A DNA stretch of 61,399 nucleotides, counting the filler. It is 5 parts of 5 records of this genome, joined end to end, with 100 filler letters (N's around TTAATTAATTAA, not from the genome) between each part and the next. Parts side by side here need not be neighbours in the genome. Positions count along the whole stretch, not along the records: positions 34,676 to 44,197 come from SRR2962707_1671; positions 44,298 to 55,793 come from SRR2962707_1672; 3 more parts are not named here. One strand, written 5' to 3'. The translations under genes were made by a program, and so were the position numbers. Shown in pieces: positions 42,617 through 53,106 of the stretch. The notes below the pieces were generated by a model. It searched no databases, was not told the origin of the DNA, and was given only the letters and a program-made list of their open reading frames with translations. Every line of letters begins with the position of its first letter. Position 1 is the first letter of the stretch.

Positions 42617-43056
42617 GCTCAGTCTCCATAAATGAACACCGTTAAACAACAAATCCATGGAAGCACGCCGGAGCCAGATTCTGTCCTGGGGCCAGCATTG
42701 GCCGCCCCGAGATTGCGCTCGGGATGGCAAAGTGGCCGCCTTGAAGCAGACCGTCAGCGAGGCAGTCCACTAGGGAGCCTACATTGCCTCTACAGCGGCT
42801 TGCCGCAGGACGAAATGAATGGACATCCGGTTCGTTTCAGGCCTGGCAGGCCCGGTCGGTTTGTCTGCACTCCAGCCAGACGACTGCAGCTTCCATCAAG
42901 CAGCCATGATTGGCCGCTTCAGCGAGGATGCGCTGCGATAAGAACAGTCGGCTGAAGGTCAGCAAAGGGTCGGTTGCAGTCTGTGCATCGATGAGCGCTC
43001 TCGGCGCTATCCAGGCATGTACAGGCGTCCAACCATCCCACCAAACCGCACTAGCG

Positions 43057-44197
43057 TTACTCGCCCTCAACCTCCTCGGGCGCCGTCACCCGGATCTCGC
43101 CGGCATGCGACCTCGCAAACTCCGTTTTCAGGAACGCTTCGAGCAGCCGTGCGGGCAGGGTGATGCTGGCGCGGTCGGCATCGGGCAGCGCGTCGAAGCG
43201 GCCGGATTTCGAGCGCTTCCCGTCGATCATGCCGCCGGCAACCGTGTTGAGCGTTTCAGGATCGATCAGAATGAAGGCGCCGGTCTCGCGGTTGGTCTCG
43301 TAGGCATCGAAGATCGCCGTGTCTTCGAAATCGAGCTCCACCACGCCGATGCCATTGACCGGCAGGAAAGTTGCGTCGTCCCAGTTGCCGGTCGAAAGAT
43401 CGAGCGCCGAAGTCGGGCGAACCATCACCCGTTGCCGCCGCGCCCCGGCCTTCAGCCAGTAGCGCTTGCCTGGCACGATGCCGTCCTGTGACAGAGCCAC
43501 CAGCCGGGCGCTGAACGCACGTCCGATCTGCGGGCGCTGGTCAATGGCTGCGATCATGTCGCCGCGCGCCACATCGACCGGACGGTCGAGCACCAGCGTA
43601 ATGGCGTCGCCGTTCACCGCCGCGTTGCGAACCAGGTCATAGGTGACGATGGCTTTGACGTTGGCCTCGATACCGGAAGGCAGCACCACGACGCTGTCGC
43701 CCGGTTTGATCGACCCGCCCGCAACGGTGCCCTGATAACCGCGAAAACCTTCGCCGGGGCGTGACACGCGCTGTACAGGGAGCCGGAAGCCGGTGGTCTG
43801 GCCGGTGCGCTGGGTGGCTTTTTCCAATACCTCGACCAGCGTCGGACCTGTATACCACGGCATGAATTCATCACCGCGCAGCACGATGTTCTCGCCTTTC
43901 AGCGCCGACACCGGAATGGCGGTGACCTGACGCACACCGAGCGACAGGGCGATTTCCTTGAAGTCGCGGGAAATGGCTTTGAACCCGGCCTCGTCATAAT
44001 GCGCGAGATCGATCTTGTTGACCGCCAGCACGAATTGCCGGATGCCCATCAGCGCCGCGATTGTTGCGTGCCGCCGGGTCTGTTCGAGAATGCCGGATCG
44101 CGCATCAACCAGCAGCACCGCCAGATCAGCCGTCGAGGCGCCGGTCGCCATGTTGCGGGTGTATTGCACATGGCCGGGCGTGTCGGCGACGATGAAC
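43057..44197 (-). CDS. cysN: Sulfate adenylyltransferase subunit 1 (5' partial)
   Basis: DTPGH.QYTRNMATGAS, NKID, SALKGEN, FRGYQG, TVAGGMI; no APS-kinase domain. Confidence 0.92.
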
Positions 44198-44297
44198 NNN
44201 NNNNNNNNNNNNNNNNNNNNNNNNNNNNNNNNNNNNNNNNNTTAATTAATTAANNNNNNNNNNNNNNNNNNNNNNNNNNNNNNNNNNNNNNNNNNNN
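44198..44297. other. Artificial contig spacer
   Basis: N run containing TTAATTAATTAA. Confidence 0.99.
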
Positions 44298-44373
44298 ATG
44301 GATTAAATTATTTTCCTTTAAATACCTGTAGGTTTTGCCTCGAGGTAGTTGATTTCTGTGTAACTTTTTAAAT

Positions 44374-44408
44374 AAAAAAAAGGCTTGTCGTGATTGACAA
44401 GCCTTTTT
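44374..44408 (-). terminator. Attenuator terminator hairpin
   Basis: Minus strand AAAAAGGCTTGTC-AATCAC-GACAAGCC-T8. Confidence 0.88.
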
Positions 44409-44440
44409 GTATATTTTAAAAATATCACAGCAATGCTACC

Positions 44441-44497
44441 TCACGACGTTTTACGTAAGTTAGACCACCACCAAGTATTTCTTCTAATTGTTCTCAT
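44441..44497 (-). CDS. trpL: Tryptophan attenuator leader peptide MRTIRRNTWWWSNLRKTS
   Basis: Three tandem TGG codons; GTCGTGA at the leader end is complementary to TCACGAC in the terminator. Confidence 0.88.
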   Translation of the reverse strand: MRTIRRNTWWWSNLRKTS

Positions 44498-44586
44498 TGA
44501 TGAACCAAATATAGAAATCAATTTTCATTTATCAAACTAAAAAGAGTATTTACAACTAAATTCTTTTTGAATGTTAGAAAGTTGCC

Positions 44587-44617
44587 AAAAAAAAAGCTGC
44601 CCAGAGGCAGCTTTTTT
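44587..44617 (-). terminator. Intrinsic terminator after the YceI gene
   Basis: AGCTGCC/GGCAGCT stem flanked by A and T tracts. Confidence 0.85.
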
Positions 44618-44638
44618 AAGGTTTGGGAATGAATTGAT

Positions 44639-45211
44639 TTAGAATACTAAATCTACCACTAAATCAAATTCATCATATATTGTTTTGTCTCCAAGGTTGT
44701 CAAAGAAACTTCCAGAACCGTAACGAACATCGTATTTTGTTCTGTCTATTTTTAAATTTGCTGTAGCTTTACTTCCGTATACAGACATTTCAAAAGTTAT
44801 AGGATTTGTCTTACCTTTAATAGTTAGGTCTCCAGTAACTTCGTAAGAATTTTTACCAGTAGGATTTACCTTTGTAATTACTAAAGTAGCTGTAGGATGA
44901 TTCTCAACACCAAAGAAATCATTAGATTTTAAATGACCATCTAGTTTTGTTTTGTATTCTCCACTTAAATCGGTAGCACCAATTGTAGTCATATCTACTG
45001 CAAATTCTCCTCCTATAAGTTTATCTCCATCAAATTTTAACTCTCCGCTTTTTAAAGCAATAGTACCTTCATGAGATCCTGTTACTTTATACCCTTTCCA
45101 AGTAATTTCACTCTTTTCGGTATCTACTTTTTTGGTATCTGGTTCTGTAAAAGATGATGTTCCTAATACTACTGCGAATATTGTTACTGATTTTAATATT
45201 TTATTTTTCAT
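44639..45211 (-). CDS. YceI-family protein
   Basis: Signal peptide, WKGYKVTGSHEG, LDGHLKSNDFF, IDRTKY. Confidence 0.92.
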   Translation of the reverse strand: MKNKILKSVTIFAVVLGTSSFTEPDTKKVDTEKSEITWKGYKVTGSHEGTIALKSGELKFDGDKLIGGEFAVDMTTIGATDLSGEYKTKLDGHLKSNDFFGVENHPTATLVITKVNPTGKNSYEVTGDLTIKGKTNPITFEMSVYGSKATANLKIDRTKYDVRYGSGSFFDNLGDKTIYDEFDLVVDLVF

Positions 45212-45265
45212 ATGTTTATTTTTTTAATAATTCTTTATAATAATATAGTACGTATTCTGTTGTTT

Positions 45266-45898
45266 TTAAATATTGATAAATAATTCTTCTGTAGATTTTC
45301 TAACTTTTTTATAGTGTTGTGTTTCATCTTCTTCAGAACGGTACCCTATAGGTGCAATTACAGAAGGAGTTAAGCCAAGCTCTTTTAAACCTAAAATGTC
45401 TGCAAATTTATCAGCTTCAAAACCTTCCATCGGGCAAGTGTCAATTTTTAAATCTGCTGCTGCAGACAATAAATTTCCAAGCGCAATATAGGTTTGCTTT
45501 GCAGACCATATATTTCTAATGTCTTCTGGAAGAGGCATTAATGAGTTTTTCATTAAATCTGAATAGCCTTGAAGATTTTCAATAGCTAAATCTCTTGTTT
45601 CACTTACATTTTTTATAAAATCATTGATATGATCTTCTCCAAAGTTGTTAATGCTAGCAAAAATAACGATGTGTGAAGCATCTGTAATTTGCGACTGGTT
45701 CCAAGCTACTGGCTTTAATTTCTCTTTAGTTTCTTGGTCGGAAACTATAATTACTTTATAAGGTTGTAATCCATAAGAAGAAGCAGATAATTGGATAGCT
45801 TCTTTTAAAGCTTCTAGGTCTTTTTCTGATACTTTTTTGGTGGCATCAAATTTTTTGGTGGCATAACGCCAATTTAAATTATTGTTATAAGTACTCAT
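45266..45898 (-). CDS. NAD(P)H nitroreductase
   Basis: WRYATKKFD, SSYGLQP, CPMEGF, IGYRS. Confidence 0.93.
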   Translation of the reverse strand: MSTYNNNLNWRYATKKFDATKKVSEKDLEALKEAIQLSASSYGLQPYKVIIVSDQETKEKLKPVAWNQSQITDASHIVIFASINNFGEDHINDFIKNVSETRDLAIENLQGYSDLMKNSLMPLPEDIRNIWSAKQTYIALGNLLSAAADLKIDTCPMEGFEADKFADILGLKELGLTPSVIAPIGYRSEEDETQHYKKVRKSTEELFINI

Positions 45899-45918
45899 GA
45901 TTGTTGTTTTTACATTAG

Positions 45919-45930
45919 TTGTATGTACAA
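45919..45930. promoter_or_regulatory. Putative MarR operator
   Basis: TTGTA-TG-TACAA palindrome upstream of the nitroreductase; identical copy at 46414. Confidence 0.65.
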
Positions 45931-45948
45931 TTGTTGTTTTAAATTTTT

Positions 45949-46398
45949 TTAACCTCTTATTTTTTCAAGTATATTATTTAATTGTTCTATTTCTTCTGAA
46001 GATAGATTTTTTATAATATTTTCATTTTGAAGATCAATAGGCTCATCTATTTCAGAAAGTAATTTTAGTCCTTTCTCTGTGATACTAATTTCTACTTTCC
46101 GCCTATTTTCTTCACAAGTAACTCTATTTACCAGTCCTTTAGTAATTAACTTATCAACTAAACGAGTAGTATTACTCATTTTGCTAATCATTCGTTCTTG
46201 AATGGTACAAAGGTTGGCAGGCTTCCCTTTTTGGCCTCTTAAAATGCGCAATACATTAAATTGCGGGGGTGTAATTCCAAATGGCTTTAGAATCTCTGCC
46301 GATTTATCCTGAATGGCATTGGCTGTATACATAATATGTATAGCAGTTTTTCTACCATCTGGCATAGCATTAGATTTTATAGCGTCTTCAATTTTCAT
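45949..46398 (-). CDS. MarR-family regulator
   Basis: QFNVLRILRG, TRLVDKL, NRRKVEISITEKG. Confidence 0.93.
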   Translation of the reverse strand: MKIEDAIKSNAMPDGRKTAIHIMYTANAIQDKSAEILKPFGITPPQFNVLRILRGQKGKPANLCTIQERMISKMSNTTRLVDKLITKGLVNRVTCEENRRKVEISITEKGLKLLSEIDEPIDLQNENIIKNLSSEEIEQLNNILEKIRG

Positions 46399-46411
46399 TT
46401 GTTATTACAAT

Positions 46412-46427
46412 ATTTGTATGTACAAAT
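46412..46427. promoter_or_regulatory. Putative MarR autoregulatory operator
   Basis: ATTTGTA-TG-TACAAAT palindrome 14 bp upstream of the marR start. Confidence 0.7.
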
Positions 46428-46535
46428 GTAATATGATTTGAATGAAGTGCAAAACATTTAACTTATAAAATATTGTTAAAACTTATTGAGATGTCTTTCC
46501 TATTGATACATTTATAAGATGCTAATTAATGAATA

Positions 46536-47096
46536 ATGAGAATGAAAACGATAGTAACAATAGTATTTATAGTGGTGTTATTTGGTTGTAAAGAGTCCAA
46601 TTCGGAACGTAAAGTAGTAGCCATAAATAATTTTAATAAGGTAGAACCAATAGATATTATTAAGGCTAAGGATATTACAATACCTGTGTATGATTATGAC
46701 AGTTTTGAAAAGTTAATAGCAACAAACGATACTAAAACTTATGTAGTTAATTTTTGGGCTACTTGGTGTAAACCTTGTGTTGAAGAGCTTCCAAGTTTTG
46801 AAAAAATTTATGATAAATATAAAGGACAAAATGTAGAAGTTATTTTAGTAAGCCTAGACTTTCCCAAAAAAGTGGATGATGTATTGGTTCCATTTATAGA
46901 GAAGAACAAATTAAAAAGTAATGTTATTCTTTTAGATGATCCTAAACAGAATCGTTGGATTCCAAAAGTAGATAAAGATTGGTCGGGGGCAATTCCAGCA
47001 ACAATAATAATTAATGAAAATAACCGTTCTTTTTATGAAAAATCTTTTACCTTTATAGAATTAGAAGATCAACTAAAGGGTTTTATTACTAACTAA
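46536..47096 (+). CDS. TlpA-like thiol-disulfide redoxin lipoprotein
   Basis: Lipobox LFGC, NFWATWCKPC. Confidence 0.9.
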   Translation: MRMKTIVTIVFIVVLFGCKESNSERKVVAINNFNKVEPIDIIKAKDITIPVYDYDSFEKLIATNDTKTYVVNFWATWCKPCVEELPSFEKIYDKYKGQNVEVILVSLDFPKKVDDVLVPFIEKNKLKSNVILLDDPKQNRWIPKVDKDWSGAIPATIIINENNRSFYEKSFTFIELEDQLKGFITN

Positions 47097-47111
47097 ACTA
47101 ACCTACATAAA

Positions 47112-47726
47112 ATGAAACCGTTAAAAATAATATTCCTCATTGTGGTGGTTATCACTAACAGTGCGTTTACATTTCCTAGTTCAATAGGGGATGGGTATGA
47201 AATAGGAGATAAGGCAGCAGATTTTAAGTTAAAAAATATTGACGGAAAGACCGTTTCTTTATCCGACTATAAAGACGCAAAAGGATTCTTAGTTGTATTT
47301 ACATGTAATACGTGTCCGTATGCAAATGCCTACGAAGAAAGGATTATTGCTTTGGATAAAAAGTATAAACTAAAAGGGGTTCCTGTAATAGCTATAAACC
47401 CTAATAATCCTTCAAAAAGTCCTGAGGAAAGTTTCGAACAAATGCAGGAACGAGCTGCCAATAAGGGGTATACATTTCCTTATTTAGTAGACAAAGGTCA
47501 AAATATATCGCCACTTTATGGAGCTCAGCGCACCCCTCATTGCTTTCTGCTTGAAAAAACAAGCAATGGTAATATTGTAAAATATATTGGTGCAATAGAC
47601 GATAATTATCAAGACGAAGCAGCAGTGGAAAAGGCTTATGTGGCAAATGCAATAGACGCCATGCTGGTAGGAGAGGAAATTCAAATAAAAAATACAAAAG
47701 CTATAGGGTGTTCTATTAAGCTTTAA
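47112..47726 (+). CDS. Thioredoxin/peroxiredoxin-like protein
   Basis: FTCNTCPY, YIGAIDD, AIGCSIK. Confidence 0.88.
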   Translation: MKPLKIIFLIVVVITNSAFTFPSSIGDGYEIGDKAADFKLKNIDGKTVSLSDYKDAKGFLVVFTCNTCPYANAYEERIIALDKKYKLKGVPVIAINPNNPSKSPEESFEQMQERAANKGYTFPYLVDKGQNISPLYGAQRTPHCFLLEKTSNGNIVKYIGAIDDNYQDEAAVEKAYVANAIDAMLVGEEIQIKNTKAIGCSIKL

Positions 47727-47792
47727 ACCCTCTGGGATTTAATTTTTAAAGATATCTAAAGCTTTAATTCTACAAGATTTATATAAATTTGT

Positions 47793-47821
47793 AATCCGAA
47801 GTAATTGCTTCGGATTTTTTT
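47793..47821 (+). terminator. Intrinsic terminator
   Basis: AATCCGAAG-TAATTG-CTTCGGATT plus T tract. Confidence 0.75.
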
Positions 47822-47844
47822 CATATTAATTTTAAAAAATAATT

Positions 47845-48159
47845 ATGGCAGATTTAACTCAAGAAGAGTGGGCAGAGGAATTAGCACAAGATAGCAATGC
47901 TGTTATTTTGGATGTACGTACAGAAGAAGAGGTGGAAGATGGATATATCCCAAATGCAATAAATATTGATATATATAAAGGACAAGGTTTTTTAGACGAA
48001 GTTGAAAAATTAGACAAGTCAAAAAACTATTATGTCTATTGTCGTTCTGGAGCGCGTAGTGCTCAAGCGTGTACTTTAATGAATCAACTTGGGTTTGAAA
48101 ATACTAGTAATTTATTAGGAGGTTTTTCAAACTGGGAAGGTGAAGTAGTTGAAGAGTAA
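47845..48159 (+). CDS. Rhodanese-like protein
   Basis: LDVRT, YCRSGARS, LLGG. Confidence 0.92.
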   Translation: MADLTQEEWAEELAQDSNAVILDVRTEEEVEDGYIPNAINIDIYKGQGFLDEVEKLDKSKNYYVYCRSGARSAQACTLMNQLGFENTSNLLGGFSNWEGEVVEE

Positions 48160-48328
48160 TTTATTTTATAGTAAACTACATCTGGGATAAGCCCATAAGG
48201 CATATAAACAGGGAGCACATTTTGATTTCGAGGCTAGGCTCGGAGTTAAAACCTCGATTATCGAGTAAATAAGTTCTATTTGTATAAATTTTCAGTATCT
48301 TCTTTCAAAATTTTGAGGTGTCACTATT

Positions 48329-49600
48329 TTGAAAGAAGATTTTTTGCATTATATATGGAAGTTTAAAAAGTTTTCGACTAACAATTTGAAAACTGAAAGC
48401 GGGGAAACGTTAGAGGTTATTTCTTTAGGGACTCATAACTTACTGGCTGGTCCAGACTTTTTAAATGCCCAACTTAGAATAGATGGGCAGCATTGGGCTG
48501 GAAATGTTGAAATTCATGAAAAATCATCATTTTGGTATGCACACCACCATGAAAAAGATGAAGCTTATACTAATGTAATTCTTCATGTAGTTTGGGAACA
48601 TAATACAGAAGTGTTCAGTAAAAACAATTCTCCAATTGCTACATTGGTTTTAAAAAACATTCTTCAGAAAGAAACACTTATCTCGTATCAAGCTTTAATA
48701 AATAAGTGTTCTAGTTTTGTAAATTGTGAAAGTGAGGTAACGGAAATTGATTCATTTTTTAGAAACCGCTGGTTAGAGCGTTTGTATGTAGAACGGTTAA
48801 ATGATAAATCAAAATTGATCCTCCAAAAACTTCAAGAATCTAAAAATGATTGGGAAGCTGTATTGTATAAAATGCTTCTGAAAAATTTTGGATTAAAAAT
48901 AAATGGAGAAGCTTTTTTTGAGCTTTCCGAAGAATTACCTTTTTCGATCCTTAGAAAAAATAGAGATTCCGTTTTAACAGTAGAAGCACTGTTATTTGGA
49001 GTTTCAAATATGTTAGAAGTAGAATGTGCCGATCAATATTTTATTGATTTAAAAGAAGAATATAAATACCTAGAAAGTAAATACGCATTAAAAAAGTCTC
49101 ATTTAACCCCTGCATATTTTAAATTACGTCCCTATAATTTTCCTACAATTAGATTGTCTCAAATAGCTTCGTTATACAATAAGGAAGTTAACCTTTTTCA
49201 GCAATTGGTATCTTGTAATGAGCTGGAAAACTATTATACTATTTTTGATGTTTCAGCTAGTAATTATTGGGAGCAACATTATACTTTTGGGAAAGAAACA
49301 ACTTCATCTAAAATAAAAAAACTCAGTAAAAGTTTTATAGATTTACTTATTGTTAACACCATTCTTCCACTAAAATTCTGTTATTTAAAAGCAACAGGAG
49401 AAGATGCAAGTGAAAGTATTTTTTTAATGATTGAAAAAATTAAAAAAGAAGATAATAGAATTATTAATAGCTTTGATAAAATTGGTTTTAAAACTAATAC
49501 GGCTTTAGGGAGTCAGGCTCAACTACAACTCTATAATAATTATTGTAGTAAAAATAAATGTTTGCAATGCGAAATAGGAGTTAAATTAATGAATCGATAA
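48329..49600 (+). CDS. DUF2851-family protein
   Basis: EDFLHYIW, GPDF, WAGNVEIH, LRPYNFPTIRL, C..C..C.IG terminus; TTG start. Confidence 0.85.
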   Translation: MKEDFLHYIWKFKKFSTNNLKTESGETLEVISLGTHNLLAGPDFLNAQLRIDGQHWAGNVEIHEKSSFWYAHHHEKDEAYTNVILHVVWEHNTEVFSKNNSPIATLVLKNILQKETLISYQALINKCSSFVNCESEVTEIDSFFRNRWLERLYVERLNDKSKLILQKLQESKNDWEAVLYKMLLKNFGLKINGEAFFELSEELPFSILRKNRDSVLTVEALLFGVSNMLEVECADQYFIDLKEEYKYLESKYALKKSHLTPAYFKLRPYNFPTIRLSQIASLYNKEVNLFQQLVSCNELENYYTIFDVSASNYWEQHYTFGKETTSSKIKKLSKSFIDLLIVNTILPLKFCYLKATGEDASESIFLMIEKIKKEDNRIINSFDKIGFKTNTALGSQAQLQLYNNYCSKNKCLQCEIGVKLMNR

Positions 49601-49615
49601 TTCTATATTTGTACT

Positions 49616-49843
49616 ATGAATACTTTTCAAGACATTCGATATTATTTTGAAAAAAATGGCTATGCTGTTTCTTCAAGATTGGCTGATAGGCTAGGAATGA
49701 AAACAAAAAATGTGAGGTTATTTTTTATATATGCTTCTTTTTTTACGTTGGGGATTTGGTTTTTAGTGTATTTGACTTTAGCTTTTTGGTTAAAACTAAA
49801 AGATTTGGTGTACACAAAACGAACTTCTGTGTTTGATTTGTAA
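49616..49843 (+). CDS. PspC-domain membrane protein
   Basis: 75 aa, VSSRLADRLG..VRLFFIY, one TM. Confidence 0.75.
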   Translation: MNTFQDIRYYFEKNGYAVSSRLADRLGMKTKNVRLFFIYASFFTLGIWFLVYLTLAFWLKLKDLVYTKRTSVFDL

Positions 49844-49900
49844 ACCCGTTTAATTGAGTAGAAACACATATTTAGTTGTAAGAAATCCAAAGTTTAAAAG

Positions 49901-50926
49901 ATGTTCAAATTATTTAAATCCAAGTTTTACATTGCAGTAGCTTTATTACTCTTTATTTTTTCTTTTGGAATTATTGGGTATCGATTGCTTGGGAATTATA
50001 GTTGGGTGGAGGCCGCATATATGACGGTGATTACTATTACAACTGTTGGTTTTAGTGAAGTAAGACCAACGGACGATATCACCAAAATATTTACAATTGT
50101 ACTTATTACTTCGAGTGTTTTTATTGTAGCATATGCTATTTCTGTAGTTACAGAATATGTTTTATCTAGAAGTACGCTTCAGAATATAAAATTTAGGAAA
50201 ATGAAAAAACAAGTTGATAGTCTTAATAACCATATCATTATTTGTGGTTATGGTAGAAATGGAATGCAAGCAGCAAAGAAACTCAATGCCTATAGAAAAT
50301 CATTTGTTGTTATTGAGCAAGATGAAGAATTGGTTAATAAACATAATGATGAAGTCTTGTTTGTTATTGGAAATGCAAATGAAGACGAAACTCTTGAAGC
50401 AGCAGGAATCCAAAGAGCAGAATGTTTAATTACAACCCTTCCTAATGATGCCGATAATTTATTTGTTGTACTTTCTTCAAGACAATTAAATAAAGAAATA
50501 GTTATAATTAGTAGAGCTTCTCAAGAAACTTCTCAAAGAAAACTAAAATTAGCAGGAGCCAACAAAACAATAATGCCAGATAAAATAGGAGGAGATCATA
50601 TGGCTTCCTTAGTGGTTTTACCAGATTTAATAGAATTTATGGATCAGCTTTCTATTGATGATGAAACTACAATTAATTTAGAAGAAGTGGCAGTAGATAA
50701 TTTGCCAGATGGCTATCTGTATAAAACATTAGTAGATTTAGACTTAAGAAGACAAACAGGATGTACTGCTATTGGTTATAAACAGCCAGATGGAAAATAT
50801 ATAATCAACCCAGATGCGAGTGTGCAATTGTTGCCAAATTCTAAGTTAATGGTACTTGGTCAACCAGAACAAATAAAGAAGCTAAATACGCTTTTTCAGA
50901 TTGCAGAAAGTACATTTAACGGGTAA
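49901..50926 (+). CDS. Potassium channel with RCK (TrkA-N/C) domains
   Basis: TITTVGFSE filter, ICGYGRNG. Confidence 0.92.
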   Translation: MFKLFKSKFYIAVALLLFIFSFGIIGYRLLGNYSWVEAAYMTVITITTVGFSEVRPTDDITKIFTIVLITSSVFIVAYAISVVTEYVLSRSTLQNIKFRKMKKQVDSLNNHIIICGYGRNGMQAAKKLNAYRKSFVVIEQDEELVNKHNDEVLFVIGNANEDETLEAAGIQRAECLITTLPNDADNLFVVLSSRQLNKEIVIISRASQETSQRKLKLAGANKTIMPDKIGGDHMASLVVLPDLIEFMDQLSIDDETTINLEEVAVDNLPDGYLYKTLVDLDLRRQTGCTAIGYKQPDGKYIINPDASVQLLPNSKLMVLGQPEQIKKLNTLFQIAESTFNG

Positions 50927-51012
50927 AATTTGAATAAACGCCTTTTTTTTATGATATTGCCCCGTCAGTTTTAAGAATTCTTAATTTAAATATAACCTAA
51001 ACATAATTCTTT

Positions 51013-53094
51013 ATGAGAAAACAATTTCTCTCGATTTTTATAATGCTTTGTTCTGTTGCAGTTTTTGCACAAGAACTTACAGTAAAAGAAACTTTAATTA
51101 ACCCGTCAAATAAAATTAATGACGGACAAGTAGAGTTAGAAGTTACTGGTGGAACTCCCCCATACACATATAAGTGGAGCAGTCAAGAAACTTCACTTAA
51201 ATCTAATACGGCAATTAATTTAACAGAAGGAGTAGATTATTCGGTATTAGTTAAAGACGCCACAGGAAAGTCGGTCGAAAAAACATTTAATATTGATACC
51301 GAGTCAATAACAGAGATATTCAACGGAACCATGACCCCAGCAGTAGCAGGATTAGGTTCCGTTTTATTTTGGGATCCATTTGCTGCAACAGGGATATATG
51401 ATCCAGTTGTATATGCAGATGTAAAGTTGATTTCAATTCCAGAATGGAATGCAGATACAGAAGGTAAATTCTCTTTACAGCAATGGTTAAAGCCAGAAGG
51501 ATCTCATGTTAATAAAGGAGATAAAATAGCTGTTATTTCAAAATCAACAGGAGGAACCGTAGATGCTTTTGCGCAAGCAAACGGGGAGCTAAAATATTTG
51601 GTAAAAGAAGGTGGAGTAATTTACAATTCCGACAATAAAAAGCATGTTATTGAGCAAGGCGCTCAATATTTAGCAGAAATTAAATATGATGAGCCTATCC
51701 CATTAGTACATCCAAACGGAGATCCTCAAACAAAAAACATTCCATTTATTGTTGTTTGGTTGTTATTAGGAGCAACATTCTTTACGCTTAGAATGGGCTT
51801 TATTAATATTCGTGGATTTAGACATTCGTTAGATTTAGCAAAAGGAAAATATGACGATCCAGATGCTCCAGGTCAAGTAACACATTTCCAAGCATTGGCT
51901 ACAGCAGTTTCTGGAACTGTAGGTCTAGGAAATATTGCTGGGGTTGCAGTGGCAGTTTCATTAGGAGGAGCTGGTGCAACAATGTGGATGATTCTAGCAG
52001 GACTTTTAGGAATGTCTTCAAAATTTGTGGAGTGTACTTTAGGAGTAAAATATAGAGATATTCTTCCTGATGGACGTGTTTTTGGAGGTCCGATGAATTA
52101 CTTGCGTTATGGTTTAGAAAAAAGAAACCTTAAAGGAGTTGGTAAATTCTTAGCTGTATTCTTTGCTATTTTAGCAGTAGGAGCTTCTTTTGGAGGAGGT
52201 AATATGTTCCAAGCAAATCAATCTTTTGAGCAGTTAGCGGGTCAGTTTCCAGTACTTGCAGGTCATGGATTTTGGTTTGGGGTTATCACCGCAATTCTAG
52301 TAGGAACTGTAATTTTAGGAGGTATTAGTAGTATTGCTAAAGTAACAGAAAAGATTGTACCATTTATGGCTGGAATCTATGTATTAGCAGCTTTAATTGT
52401 TATTGGAGTAAATATAGAAAATATAGGGCCAGCTTTTTCTGCAATTATAGATGGAGCTTTTAGTCCAAGTGCATTAAAAGGTGGTGTAATTGGAGTATTG
52501 ATTGTAGGTTTCCAAAGAGCAGCATTCTCTAATGAGGCTGGAGTAGGATCTGCAGCAATTGCCCATAGTGCGGCAAAAACAAATCATCCGCCATCAGAAG
52601 GGTTTGTGGCTTTATTAGAGCCTTTTATAGATACGGTAGTAGTTTGTACTTTAACAGCATTGGTATTAATTTTTACAGGAATGCATGAAGTAGAAGGAAT
52701 TGCTGGAGCGCAGTTAACATCAGATGCTTTTGGGAGTGTAATTAGTTGGTTCCCTTATGTGCTAGCAGTTGCAGTTTTCTTATTTGCATTTTCAACTATG
52801 ATTTCTTGGTCCTACTACGGAATGAGAGCTTGGACATTCTTATTCGGAAAGAGTAGAAAAACCGAGATAGTTTACAAAATATTCTTCATGATCTTTATTG
52901 TTATTGGAGCTTCTGTAAGTTTAGGCGCAGTGTTAGACTTTTCGGATATGATGATTTTAGCAATGTCGTTCCCTAATATTATAGGTCTTTATATAATGAG
53001 TGGAGAAGTTAGAGAAGACCTTCGTGAGTATTTTAGAAAGTTAAAAGCTGGCGAATTATTTAAAAAGCAAAAAGCAGCAAAAGAGACTGCTTAA
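51013..53094 (+). CDS. AGCS alanine/glycine:cation symporter with N-terminal soluble extensions
   Basis: [38 protein letters not shown]; about 240 extra N-terminal residues. Confidence 0.92.
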   Translation: MRKQFLSIFIMLCSVAVFAQELTVKETLINPSNKINDGQVELEVTGGTPPYTYKWSSQETSLKSNTAINLTEGVDYSVLVKDATGKSVEKTFNIDTESITEIFNGTMTPAVAGLGSVLFWDPFAATGIYDPVVYADVKLISIPEWNADTEGKFSLQQWLKPEGSHVNKGDKIAVISKSTGGTVDAFAQANGELKYLVKEGGVIYNSDNKKHVIEQGAQYLAEIKYDEPIPLVHPNGDPQTKNIPFIVVWLLLGATFFTLRMGFINIRGFRHSLDLAKGKYDDPDAPGQVTHFQALATAVSGTVGLGNIAGVAVAVSLGGAGATMWMILAGLLGMSSKFVECTLGVKYRDILPDGRVFGGPMNYLRYGLEKRNLKGVGKFLAVFFAILAVGASFGGGNMFQANQSFEQLAGQFPVLAGHGFWFGVITAILVGTVILGGISSIAKVTEKIVPFMAGIYVLAALIVIGVNIENIGPAFSAIIDGAFSPSALKGGVIGVLIVGFQRAAFSNEAGVGSAAIAHSAAKTNHPPSEGFVALLEPFIDTVVVCTLTALVLIFTGMHEVEGIAGAQLTSDAFGSVISWFPYVLAVAVFLFAFSTMISWSYYGMRAWTFLFGKSRKTEIVYKIFFMIFIVIGASVSLGAVLDFSDMMILAMSFPNIIGLYIMSGEVREDLREYFRKLKAGELFKKQKAAKETA

Positions 53095-53106
53095 TATACT
53101 ACATTA

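Noticed and set aside
42730-43056. Short ORFs between the TauE gene and cysN
   Set aside because: No recognisable motif, RBS or structure; left unannotated.
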